Shown: piece by piece, positions 47,066-56,389 of the stretch
How the letters are laid out: each line of letters starts with the position of its first letter
How positions within the stretch are numbered: the first letter of the stretch is position 1
DNA from: Syntrophales bacterium
GTDB taxonomy: Bacteria > Desulfobacterota > Syntrophia > Syntrophales > PHBD01
DNA: 64,000 bases
Assembly (NCBI GenBank): GCA_963668175.1
Contig: OY764159.1
Location: 1,056,001-1,120,000 of the forward strand
Direction: 5' to 3'
Translations under genes and position numbers: made by a program
Notes under the pieces: generated by a model
Database searches by the model: none
What the model saw: the letters and a program-made list of their open reading frames with translations, nothing else
What the model was told of the DNA's origin: nothing

Positions 47066-48314
47066 GGTCAGGGCCTCCGGTCAGGCGGTCTTTCAGTATG
47101 ATCAGGGCCGCCTCTGATGAGATGACCTTGATCCGCCGCCTGTCCCACCGCCAGGCGAAATGACGGCAGATCGTTCCAGCCCGGTCGGCAAGGGCGATAT
47201 AGACGGTTCCTACCGGCTTCTGCTCCGACCCCCCGGCAGGGCCGGCAATACCCGTCACGGAAAGTCCGAGATCGGTCCCCGCGAGTCTTCTCACGCCTTC
47301 GGCCATGAGCTTTGCCGTCTGCTCGCTGACGGCGCCGAATTCCGCGATGACGGCCTCCGGCACGCCGAGGAGGTCTATTTTCGCCTCGTTGCTGTACGTG
47401 ACCACGCCGCGTTCCAGAAAGGCGGAACTGCCCGGAATGTCCGTCAGGCGGTCGGCGATCAATCCGCCTGTGCACGATTCGGCTGTGGCCAGGGTGAGTT
47501 TTTTCTCCGTCAGAAGCGCGGCGACCACGCCTTCCGCCGTTTCGTCGTCGCAGGCGAAGATATAGCGCCGAAGTCTTGCCTCGACCAGTTCCACGGCTCT
47601 TCGGATGTGCTCCTGTGCTTGTGCCCTTTCCTTATGTCTCGCGATGAGGACAATATGGTTTTCCGGGAAATTCGGATAGAAACCTATCTCGACGCCGAGG
47701 GATTTGAAATCGGCGTCGGCCAGGGCCTCGTCCACGGCGGCTTCCCCCAGGCCGAAGAGTTTGATCGTGCGGCGTTCCGAATGCTTCACGGCCCCAGGAA
47801 AGGCTTCCCTGAGCAGGGGGACGACCTCCTCGGGGATCATTCTTCTGATCTCGAAAGGGACGCCGGGGATCACGGCAATGACCTTGCCGTCGATGTTCAG
47901 GGAAAATCCGAAGGCGGTGCCGACGGGATTTCTGATGGGCCGCGCGCCCTCGGGGAAAACGGCCTGCTTGGCGTTGTTCTCCGTCCACTTCAATCGGTAC
48001 CGGGTGAAAATGCCCTTGACATGGGCCAGGACCTCTTCATCCGTATAGAGCTTCCGCCCGAATGCCCTGGCGACGGCGGCGGTAGTAATGTCGTCGGCCG
48101 TGGGACCCAGGCCGCCGGTGACGAGGACGGCGTCGGCAAGGCCCATGAGGTGGTCAAGGGCCAGTTTGATCGCATTCTCGCTGTCGCCTACGGACATCAT
48201 GGCTCTGACCGGCCATCCGCAGGCTCCCATCTCGCGGGCGATGTAGGACGAATTCGTGTCCTGCGTGCGGCCGCTGGTCAGTTCGTTACCGACGGTCAGT
48301 ATGGCAACCTGCAT
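47058..48314 (-). CDS. cinA: Competence/damage-inducible protein CinA (MocF-PncC fusion)
   Basis: VGNEL..G...DTN, GGLGPT.DD.T, PGVP.E, AESCTGG, TGIAGP.GG. Confidence 0.95.
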   Translation of the reverse strand: MQVAILTVGNELTSGRTQDTNSSYIAREMGACGWPVRAMMSVGDSENAIKLALDHLMGLADAVLVTGGLGPTADDITTAAVARAFGRKLYTDEEVLAHVKGIFTRYRLKWTENNAKQAVFPEGARPIRNPVGTAFGFSLNIDGKVIAVIPGVPFEIRRMIPEEVVPLLREAFPGAVKHSERRTIKLFGLGEAAVDEALADADFKSLGVEIGFYPNFPENHIVLIARHKERAQAQEHIRRAVELVEARLRRYIFACDDETAEGVVAALLTEKKLTLATAESCTGGLIADRLTDIPGSSAFLERGVVTYSNEAKIDLLGVPEAVIAEFGAVSEQTAKLMAEGVRRLAGTDLGLSVTGIAGPAGGSEQKPVGTVYIALADRAGTICRHFAWRWDRRRIKVISSEAALIILKDRLTGGPDHD

Positions 48315-48332
48315 GAAAAATCTCCTTGGCAA

Positions 48333-48791
48333 TTATAGGGCCCAGATCGCGATGGCCATCCGGACCACAATGTTGCCGTAAATGCCGGCCATGACATCGT
48401 CGGCGACGATTCCCCACCCGCCCGGAAGGCGGTCCTGAAAGACATTCACGGGGAAAGGCTTCACGATGTCGAAGAAGCGGAAAAAAAGAAACCCGAGCCC
48501 GATATGCGCCCACGTAGGGGAGATAAAAAGCAAAGCCCACTGAAAGCCCACGATTTCGTCGATGACGATCCGCGGAGAATCTTTGACTCCGAACAAGTCT
48601 TCCGCTTTCCCGGCGTAATAGACGGCCAGAAAGGTAAAGGCGACAACCGACAGGAGCTGGAGCGGCCATGTCATCCCAGAGAAGACAAGGAAACAGGGAA
48701 TGCCGACCAGGGTTCCGACGGTGCCGGAGGCGAACGGCGAATACCCCGTGCCGAGGCCCGTTGCCAGCAATTTGACGACTTTATCAGTCAG
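48333..48791 (-). CDS. pgpA: Phosphatidylglycerophosphatase A
   Basis: GTVGT, IVIDEIVG, FRFFDIVKP, DDVMAG; start CTG 48791 or TTG 48770. Confidence 0.92.
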   Translation of the reverse strand: MTDKVVKLLATGLGTGYSPFASGTVGTLVGIPCFLVFSGMTWPLQLLSVVAFTFLAVYYAGKAEDLFGVKDSPRIVIDEIVGFQWALLFISPTWAHIGLGFLFFRFFDIVKPFPVNVFQDRLPGGWGIVADDVMAGIYGNIVVRMAIAIWAL

Positions 48792-48884
48792 GAATCACCT
48801 CTCGAGAAACGCTGCCATCATTATACCTCGTTTGCGGCCCAATACCTATCCGCTTTTACCCTTCATGTCAATGGTTTTCACTGG

Positions 48885-49457
48885 TTATACGACAGCGGGG
48901 TTTCCTGCGGCAGACGTGTCGCCGGCAGCTCCGCTGTCAGACAGAAGGATCTTCCAGCCGTCGTCTTCCCGGAACAGATGAAAAGTCGATTCCGCGGTCA
49001 GAAGCGGCATACCGCCCCCTCCATACTTTTTGAGCATGGCGGTCGTGGTCCGGCAGACGATAATGAAGGAATCAAACGGATCATCGGGAAAGTCGGAACC
49101 GGTCATCTCCGCAAGGCTCTCGGCCATCATCCGTTTGAAATCGGGGTAGGTCGTTACGACGGTGACGGTTGCACGGTCGCCGTTGACGGATTCGTCCCGG
49201 ACGGCGTAATCGAATTTTCCCGCGATCATATTGGCGATCAAGCCGTGACCGAGGGAACGCCTTGCCTGGTATTCGGACAGCGACTCCCGGGCCCTGGCTG
49301 TCCTTGACAGCAATTGATAGGCATCGGCCGTCCTGCCGCCGAGGGTGGCCTGCAGATAATTGCCGACGACCTGGGCGGCCGTCAGCCTCCGGCCTTGCCG
49401 GACGGCAAGAAAGAGAAACAGGAAAAGTCCCGTCGCCAATACCAAAACGGTTATCAA
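48885..49457 (-). CDS. Membrane-anchored hypothetical protein, NTF2-like fold possible
   Basis: N-terminal TM; AY.LLS, GDRATVTV, L.REDDGWKI pattern. Confidence 0.55.
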   Translation of the reverse strand: MITVLVLATGLFLFLFLAVRQGRRLTAAQVVGNYLQATLGGRTADAYQLLSRTARARESLSEYQARRSLGHGLIANMIAGKFDYAVRDESVNGDRATVTVVTTYPDFKRMMAESLAEMTGSDFPDDPFDSFIIVCRTTTAMLKKYGGGGMPLLTAESTFHLFREDDGWKILLSDSGAAGDTSAAGNPAVV

Positions 49458-49762
49458 GATTCCCGTTTCCTCCCTTGTTCTTTTTCATTGTGTAACGGCC
49501 GGGTTATATGGGAGATGGTCCGCCGTGTCAAGGGCGCAGGAAGATGTCGGCCCGACCCGCCGCGGGAAACACGCTTCGTCTCTTTTCAATGCCTTGCTTC
49601 GAAGGTCTCGCGCCTGTGCACAAATTGATGACGGAAGACGGGGATCACGGTCACATTCCTTGACACATCCCCACAAGACAGGGTAACTTTATGGCCGGAG
49701 AACGTCTGTCCTGTTTCGACAGGGCGGATGGCTCCGACACCCCCGTCAGCAAAGGAGACAGA

Positions 49763-51568
49763 ATGGTCACCGACGTATCGCCGGCGAGATCGGCCGCCGT
49801 CAACAGGAAACTTGCGGATTGGATTGCCGGGTGCGTCGGCCTTTGCCAGCCGGAACGCATCGTCTGGTGCGATGGGTCGAAGGCGGAATACGCCCGGCTC
49901 ATGGGCCTTATGACCTCTTCTGGTATGGCTGTGCCCTTGAAGAAACGCCCCGGCAGCTTTCTCTTCCGGTCGGACCCCGGCGACGTGGCGCGCCTGGAAG
50001 ACCGCACGTATATCTCCTGCCCTGACCAAGACGAGGCCGGACCGACCAATATCTGGATGGATCCTGCCGAGCTTAAGGAGAAGATGGCGGCCCTGTACCT
50101 GGGCAGCATGAAGGGACGGACCATGTATGTCATCCCGTTTTCCATGGGACCGGTGGGATCGACGCTGGCCAGGACGGGCGTCGAGATCACCGACAGCCCC
50201 TATGTCGTCTGCAACATGCACATCATGACCCGCGTCGGAGATTCGGTCCTCGACGCCCTGGGCTCCGAAGGCGATTTCGTCCCCTGCCTCCATTCCGTGG
50301 GTTCGCCCCTTAGGCCCGGGCAGAAGGATTCCTTCTGGCCGTGTGCCCCCATCGAACAGAAGTACATCAGCCACTTTCCCGATGAAAACCTGATCTGGTC
50401 CTACGGGTCGGGGTACGGCGGCAACGCCCTTTTGGGGAAAAAATGCATGTCGCTCCGGATCGCTTCGGTTATCGCCCGCCGGGAGGGCTGGATGGCGGAG
50501 CATATGCTGATCATGCGCCTGACCGACCCCGACGGCCGCCGCTATCACATCGCCGGGGCCTTTCCGTCGGCATGCGGCAAAACCAATCTGGCCATGATGG
50601 TGCCCACCATCCCCGGCTGGAAGGCCGAGTGCCTGGGCGACGACATCGCCTGGATGGAGGTCCGTCCCGACGGCCGCTTGTACGCCATCAACCCCGAAAC
50701 GGGCTTTTTCGGCGTGGCGCCGGGGACGTCGGCGGCGTCAAACCCCATGGCCGTGGAGATGGTGCGTGAGAATGCGATTTTCACCAACTGCGCTCTGACC
50801 GACGACGGCGATGTCTGGTGGGAGGGGCTGTCCGCGCCGCCCGCACATGCCGTTGACTGGAAGGGGCGAGACTGGACGCCGGCAGCAAACGATCCCGCCG
50901 CCCATCCCAACGCGCGTTTCACGGTTTCCGCCTCCCAGTGTCCGGTCATGTCCCCCGATTGGGATGACCCCGCCGGCGTTCCCATCGACATCTTCATCTT
51001 CGGGGGCCGCCGGTCTTCCCTGGTGCCGCTGGTCTGCGAGGCCCTGAACTGGGACCACGGCGTTTATATGGGGGCGTCCGCCGCCTCCGAAACCACGGCC
51101 GCCGTCATCGGTGCGGTCGGCAGCCTGAGGCGGGACCCTTTCGCCATGCTGCCTTTTTGCGGTTACAATATGGCCGACCATTTCGCCCACTGGTTCAGGA
51201 TGGGCGACAGGCTCGGGTCGAAAGCGCCGCGGATCTTTTACGCCAACTGGTTTCGCAAAGATGACGCCGGCCGGTTTATCTGGCCGGGTTTTGGAGAAAA
51301 CGCCCGGGTGCTCAAATGGATGTGCGACCGGGTGGCGGGTCGCGCCGAAGGCATTGTGACACCGATCGGCATCCTGCCCCGGGAAGACGAGCTTTCGACG
51401 GCCGGTCTGGATATCCGCGCCGCCGACCTGAAGGAACTCCTCCTCGTCGACCGGAAAGCCTGGTCCGCCGAAACGTCCGATGCGGAAGCGTTCTTCTCCC
51501 GTTTCGGCAATCGCCTGCCGGCCAGGCTGAAAGGCCAACTCGCAGGGCTCAAGGAACGCCTCCGCTGA
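49763..51568 (+). CDS. pckG: Phosphoenolpyruvate carboxykinase (GTP)
   Basis: GSGYGGNALLGKKC, AEHMLI, AFPSACGKTNLAM, GDDIAW, AHPNARF, DPFAMLPFCGY; AAGGAG SD before ATG 49763. Confidence 0.97.
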   Translation: MVTDVSPARSAAVNRKLADWIAGCVGLCQPERIVWCDGSKAEYARLMGLMTSSGMAVPLKKRPGSFLFRSDPGDVARLEDRTYISCPDQDEAGPTNIWMDPAELKEKMAALYLGSMKGRTMYVIPFSMGPVGSTLARTGVEITDSPYVVCNMHIMTRVGDSVLDALGSEGDFVPCLHSVGSPLRPGQKDSFWPCAPIEQKYISHFPDENLIWSYGSGYGGNALLGKKCMSLRIASVIARREGWMAEHMLIMRLTDPDGRRYHIAGAFPSACGKTNLAMMVPTIPGWKAECLGDDIAWMEVRPDGRLYAINPETGFFGVAPGTSAASNPMAVEMVRENAIFTNCALTDDGDVWWEGLSAPPAHAVDWKGRDWTPAANDPAAHPNARFTVSASQCPVMSPDWDDPAGVPIDIFIFGGRRSSLVPLVCEALNWDHGVYMGASAASETTAAVIGAVGSLRRDPFAMLPFCGYNMADHFAHWFRMGDRLGSKAPRIFYANWFRKDDAGRFIWPGFGENARVLKWMCDRVAGRAEGIVTPIGILPREDELSTAGLDIRAADLKELLLVDRKAWSAETSDAEAFFSRFGNRLPARLKGQLAGLKERLR

Positions 51569-51592
51569 ACGGCGACGGGCCGACGACCTTGC

Positions 51593-53845
51593 TCAGAACC
51601 CCGTCCATAGGGCCAGATGATAGACCGTAAGGCCCATGACGAAGGAAACGACCAGCATCAAGACGATGGAGGCCGCAAACCAGAGGCGGTCGGCCATCTC
51701 CTGCTTCATCGCAGTCAGTGTCGCCGCGCAGGGTACGAAGATCATCATGACCACGAGGAAGGAAAGCGCCGAAGCGTGGCTGATGGCATGGGGCAGGACC
51801 TTGACCAGACCTTCCTGACCCGTTCCGTAAAGCACGCCCAGGGTTGCCACGGCATTCTCCTTGGCGACAATGCTTGTCATCAGGGCGGTAATCATCTTCC
51901 AATCCAGTCCAAGGGGGCTGCCGATAGGTTCCAGGAGGCGTCCCGCCTGGGCCAGGATGCTGTCTTCGATGGCCCCTCCGGGCAGATGGGCGAGGAGCCA
52001 GATCACGACCGACACGCCCAGGATGACTGTGCCCGCCCTTTTCACAAAGGCGATCGTTCTTGCCCAGACGACGAGGCCGATCGTTCGGTAATTGGGCTTC
52101 TGGTAGAGCGGCAGTTCCATGATGAAGGGCATGGGTTCCCCTTTCAGGAAAACCCTGCTGACGATGACGCCGGTGATGCCGAGAAGCAGGATGTTGGCCG
52201 TAAGCAAGCCCCACGATACGTACATCGCGAGGTTCCCGAAAATAGCGGCGGTGATGAAGGCCAGGACGGCCAGCCTGGCTGTGCAGGGGATGAAGGGGGA
52301 AAGGAAGATCGTGAGCAACTTCTCTTTCTTCGATTCGACGATCCGGGCTCCCAGGATGGAGGGCACATTGCATCCGAACCCGAGGCACATGGGGATGAAG
52401 CTTTTGCCGTGAAGTCCGATGAGGTGCATGAAGCGGTCCATGACGAAGGCCGCCCGCGCCATGTAGCCCACATCTTCCAGAACAGCCATGAAAGCGAAGA
52501 AGATGAGGAGGATGGGGATAAAAGTGAGGACCGAACCGGCCCCGCCGATAACGCCGTTGATCAAGAGTCCCCTGAACCAGGCCGGCATGGAGCCCATGAC
52601 GGTCGTAAGCCCTTCGGCCAGGACGCTCACCGCCCACTCCAGGCCTTTCTGAAGGGGAAATCCGATCTTGTACGTGGCGGCGAAGACGAGTCCGAAGACG
52701 CCGAACAGAACGGGGATACCCAGTATCGGCCTTGTCAGGATATGATCGATCCGGTCCGTCATAACGACTTCGCCCATTTTGAAACGGGAAACGGAAGCCC
52801 TCGTGATGGCCTCGATCCAGTCGTAGCGCCCGCCGACGACGGCATGCAGGGCGTCTTCGTGTTTGATCAGGATGTCCCTGACCTCCCGCCAGACATCGAC
52901 AGGCACTAAGCCCTCGATAATCGAGGATATTTCCGGGTCTCCCTCCATGAGCTTCGTCGCCAGCCAGCGCGCCGTGCCGGGCAGTTGGAGGTGAGGTTTG
53001 ATCAACGTCATCAGGTCCTCAAAGACGCCGCTGTGGTCCTTGGAAATATCCGGAAGATTCGGGTAATAGTCTTCCTCTCCTTTGTCCAGAGCGATGATCC
53101 GCGCCACAAGCTCGCGAACGCCCCGGTTCTTGGTGGCGACCATGGGAACGACGGGAATGCCGAGGGATTTTTCGAGGGCCTTGGCGTCCACATGGATGCC
53201 CTGGGCCTCGGCGACATCGAGCATGTTAAGGGCGACTATGACGGGCGGTCCGAGCAGGAGCATTTCCGCCAGCAGGTAGAGACTTCTTTCCAGGGCCGCG
53301 GCATTGACCAGAAGAACGATGACGTCGGGATTGGCAGTGGCGATGAAATCCCTCGTGATCCGCTCCTCTTCCGAAAAAGAGGTCAGGCTGTACGTTCCGG
53401 GGAGATCGGTGATCCTCATCTCGGTCCCGTTGGACAGGTGGTGGCCCTCTTTCTTCTCCACGGTCTTCCCCGGCCAGTTGCCGACATGCTGGGAAAGGCC
53501 CGTCAGGATGTTAAAAATGGTGGACTTGCCGACGTTGGGCTGACCGGTGAGGGCGACGTATATTATCCTTCCGGCCGGCGGTTCTTCGGGCAGGCACTCC
53601 GGATGGGGTTGGAGGCGCTGCACGATGATCTTGGCGGCTTCTCCGGCCCCCAGGGCGAATCGGGTCTCGCCGCTTTGGAGAATGATCGGTCCGCTGCCCG
53701 CCTTTCGGGCGATCTTGACCCTGGTGCCGTGGGCCACTCCCATAGCGGCCAGTTTGGTGATAAGGGCCTTGCCGGCCGATATATAAAGGACGATTCCTTC
53801 TTCCTGCTCCGAAAGCAAATCGAGAGACAGAGGTTCTTCAGTCAT
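51593..53845 (-). CDS. feoB: Ferrous iron transporter FeoB with fused N-terminal FeoA domain
   Basis: FeoA-like first ~80 aa (L..MG...G..V...GP...RFALG); GQPNVGKS, VGNWPG.TVE, DLPG, NMLD; GFGCNVP gates. Confidence 0.93.
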   Translation of the reverse strand: MTEEPLSLDLLSEQEEGIVLYISAGKALITKLAAMGVAHGTRVKIARKAGSGPIILQSGETRFALGAGEAAKIIVQRLQPHPECLPEEPPAGRIIYVALTGQPNVGKSTIFNILTGLSQHVGNWPGKTVEKKEGHHLSNGTEMRITDLPGTYSLTSFSEEERITRDFIATANPDVIVLLVNAAALERSLYLLAEMLLLGPPVIVALNMLDVAEAQGIHVDAKALEKSLGIPVVPMVATKNRGVRELVARIIALDKGEEDYYPNLPDISKDHSGVFEDLMTLIKPHLQLPGTARWLATKLMEGDPEISSIIEGLVPVDVWREVRDILIKHEDALHAVVGGRYDWIEAITRASVSRFKMGEVVMTDRIDHILTRPILGIPVLFGVFGLVFAATYKIGFPLQKGLEWAVSVLAEGLTTVMGSMPAWFRGLLINGVIGGAGSVLTFIPILLIFFAFMAVLEDVGYMARAAFVMDRFMHLIGLHGKSFIPMCLGFGCNVPSILGARIVESKKEKLLTIFLSPFIPCTARLAVLAFITAAIFGNLAMYVSWGLLTANILLLGITGVIVSRVFLKGEPMPFIMELPLYQKPNYRTIGLVVWARTIAFVKRAGTVILGVSVVIWLLAHLPGGAIEDSILAQAGRLLEPIGSPLGLDWKMITALMTSIVAKENAVATLGVLYGTGQEGLVKVLPHAISHASALSFLVVMMIFVPCAATLTAMKQEMADRLWFAASIVLMLVVSFVMGLTVYHLALWTGF

Positions 53846-53934
53846 TCATTTTCCTTGACGGTTCCAACGAATCAAAGCTATGGACGGCATCCGGTCAGGA
53901 CGGTCCGGATACCGATTCGTTATCCCGAGGTTAT

Positions 53935-53968
53935 TATTTTGGAATCCATATTACAAAATATATGGATT
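53935..53968. promoter_or_regulatory. Overlapping inverted repeats over the putative feoB promoter; candidate metal-repressor operator
   Basis: TATTTTG-N12-CAAAATA and AATCCATAT-N8-ATATGGATT; minus-strand TTGACG at 53984-53979. Confidence 0.5.
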
Positions 53969-54224
53969 GTTGGGCCCGCGTCAAGGACAATATAGCAGGA
54001 CACGGAGGTATGCGCTCGCCGTTGAAATTCGCGGCAGCCGAACGGCCGTGAGGCCGGAAAAGCGAAACGCGCCGTCAGGACAACGAAATACGAAAGGCAG
54101 CGTAAAGATGAAAAAAATAATGGAAACAGTCTTTACTAATGCCCGACACTTTGGTAACATCCGCCTACTTTGTCGGGCTGTCGGCCGGCAGTACGATATC
54201 GAAACATTTTTTAAGGAATGACCT

Positions 54225-55835
54225 ATGCTGGCATTGATGAGAAAACATGCGAAAAACTGGTTCATCAAGATCCTCCTTTTCATGATCATTATCGTTTTCG
54301 TGGCCTATTTCGGCTCCACTAAGACGGACAGGGATACGGCCATTGCCGCGATCGACGGCAAGATCATTACCCGGGGGGAATTTTATAAAGAATATCAAAA
54401 TATAACGGATATGTACCGGAACCGGCTGGGTGGACGGCTGGACGAAAAGGCGGTCAAGGATTTGAATCTCAAGCAGCTGGCCTTCGATAATCTGATCCAG
54501 CAGGCCATCATTCAAAGGAAAGCCGACGAGCTTCACTTGACCGTGACCGATGACGAGGTAAAGGCCGTCATCATGTCCAATCCGGCCTTCAGGATAAACG
54601 GCGTCTTCGACGAGCGCGCCTATCAGCAGATGCTGCGCGCCAATAAGCTTACCGTGGAAGAATTCGAGGCCCAGCAGAGGAGATTGATCCTCGCAATGAA
54701 ACTGGAGACACTGATTCAGGGCGGCGTCAAGGTTTCGGATCAGGAGGTTTTAGACCTCTACCGCTTCCAGAATGAAAAGATCAATATCGCCTTTGCGAAG
54801 ATATCCGCCGCCGACTTTCTTAAGAAGGTATCCGCCACCGCGTCCGATCTGGAAGCCTATCTCAAGGAGCACGGCGACGAATTCCGCGTGCCGGACCAGA
54901 TCCGCGTGAACTATATTGTGTTTTCAGGTGATTCCTATGCCTCGGCTGTGAAAGTTGCCGATGCGGATATCGTCGATTACTACGACCGTAACAAGGACAA
55001 GTATGCGTCCAAGACGAAAGACGGCAAGAAGACGGTCCCGCCCCTTGCAGATGTCCGAGACAAGATCGTCGATGAATTGAAAAAAGTGAACGGCATGTAT
55101 GCCGCCTACAATGATGCCAAGAAGGCCCACGACACGATTTACCAGGAAGAGAAGATGGACGCTTATGCCGTACAGCATAAGCTTTCGATCAAAACGACCG
55201 GCTTTTTCACCGCAGCCCAGATTCCGGCCGAGTTCAAGTCGTTGAAGGACTTCTCCCAGGCTGTATTCGGCCTGCAGAAGGACGAAATCAGCAGCGTCCT
55301 CTCCGACGAAAAGGCCTACTACGTCTTCAAGGTTGCCGAGAAAAAATCCGCCTACGTACCTGTCCTCCAGGATATCCGGAAGGACGTCGAAAGGCGGTAC
55401 GCCGATGCCGAGGCCCGCCGTCTTGCCTCGAAGGAAGCCGAGGCCGCCGTCGCCGCCATGAAGAAAGGGGATAGCCTGAGCAAGATTGCCCAGGAAAAAG
55501 GGCTGAGAACCGAGGAAACGGGCCTTTTCCTTCCCGGGGGCGACATACCGAAGCTGGGCAAATCGGATGAGCTTACCGAAGCCCTCTATCAGCTTTCCGC
55601 CAAAAGACCTTATGCGGATACGCCTTTCTATGTGGGCGGCAGCTATGTCCTGATCCAGTTCAAGGAGAAGGGAAACCTGGATAATGCCGACTTTGCAGGC
55701 AAGAAGGACAACCTGAAGGTGCTGCTCCTGCGGGTCAAGATGAATGAGACCATGCAGTCCTGGTTTGAAACGACCAAGGCGGTCATGGTGAAGGAAGGGC
55801 GGCTGTCCATTAAAAAGGAAGCCAAAGAGTTGTAA
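54225..55835 (+). CDS. ppiD: PpiD-like periplasmic chaperone (SurA N-terminal domain)
   Basis: ML..MRK N-terminal anchor, PAFR.NG.FD...Y, degenerate rotamase segments. Confidence 0.8.
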   Translation: MLALMRKHAKNWFIKILLFMIIIVFVAYFGSTKTDRDTAIAAIDGKIITRGEFYKEYQNITDMYRNRLGGRLDEKAVKDLNLKQLAFDNLIQQAIIQRKADELHLTVTDDEVKAVIMSNPAFRINGVFDERAYQQMLRANKLTVEEFEAQQRRLILAMKLETLIQGGVKVSDQEVLDLYRFQNEKINIAFAKISAADFLKKVSATASDLEAYLKEHGDEFRVPDQIRVNYIVFSGDSYASAVKVADADIVDYYDRNKDKYASKTKDGKKTVPPLADVRDKIVDELKKVNGMYAAYNDAKKAHDTIYQEEKMDAYAVQHKLSIKTTGFFTAAQIPAEFKSLKDFSQAVFGLQKDEISSVLSDEKAYYVFKVAEKKSAYVPVLQDIRKDVERRYADAEARRLASKEAEAAVAAMKKGDSLSKIAQEKGLRTEETGLFLPGGDIPKLGKSDELTEALYQLSAKRPYADTPFYVGGSYVLIQFKEKGNLDNADFAGKKDNLKVLLLRVKMNETMQSWFETTKAVMVKEGRLSIKKEAKEL

Positions 55836-55870
55836 GCTGTTTTATCGCTTAAGGAATACGGGCCCGGCAG

Positions 55871-55905
55871 GGACCCCGGCGAAGGGGTTTCTCCGGGTCT
55901 TTTTT
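55871..55905 (+). terminator. Terminator after ppiD
   Basis: GACCCCGG...CCGGGTC-TTTTTT. Confidence 0.55.
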
Positions 55906-55934
55906 ATTGCGGCACAGGAGATATCCGGACCGGA

Positions 55935-56378
55935 TTACGGTCTTAAGAGCTTGAATCCCGAAGCCGTCTCCAGCAGGCGGACTGAGGTGCTGTCGAGGAG
56001 TTCGATCAGGACGATCTCCATGACGTGCCAGACCCTGACGCCGGAACGAATGCAGCCCGTGGTCGTCGCCGCGTCCCGGCCGCAGGCCATGTGCATATGC
56101 AGGACGGGATTGCCTTCGTCGTCGGGGAATATCGTTCCGACACCGGCCACTTCGTGGACGTTTTCCAGGATGCGGTTCATGGGCACGATGGGCGTCGACC
56201 TGCCTTCTTCAGGGCCGACGATGACCCTGCTTCCCGTGTCCGCCCCTCCGAGAACCGTCAGGGCAGCCGCCTTTATACCATGCTGCCTCGCGAACGCTTC
56301 GACGACTTCATGGACGATCTCACCGTCCTCCAGCCTGATGACGAAGACGCGTCCCTGTCTGGCCTCTGAATATTTCAT
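55935..56378 (-). CDS. PPC/DUF296 domain protein
   Basis: RL..GE, G.I......P.LHMH. Confidence 0.8.
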   Translation of the reverse strand: MKYSEARQGRVFVIRLEDGEIVHEVVEAFARQHGIKAAALTVLGGADTGSRVIVGPEEGRSTPIVPMNRILENVHEVAGVGTIFPDDEGNPVLHMHMACGRDAATTTGCIRSGVRVWHVMEIVLIELLDSTSVRLLETASGFKLLRP

Positions 56379-56389
56379 GGGAGTTCCTT

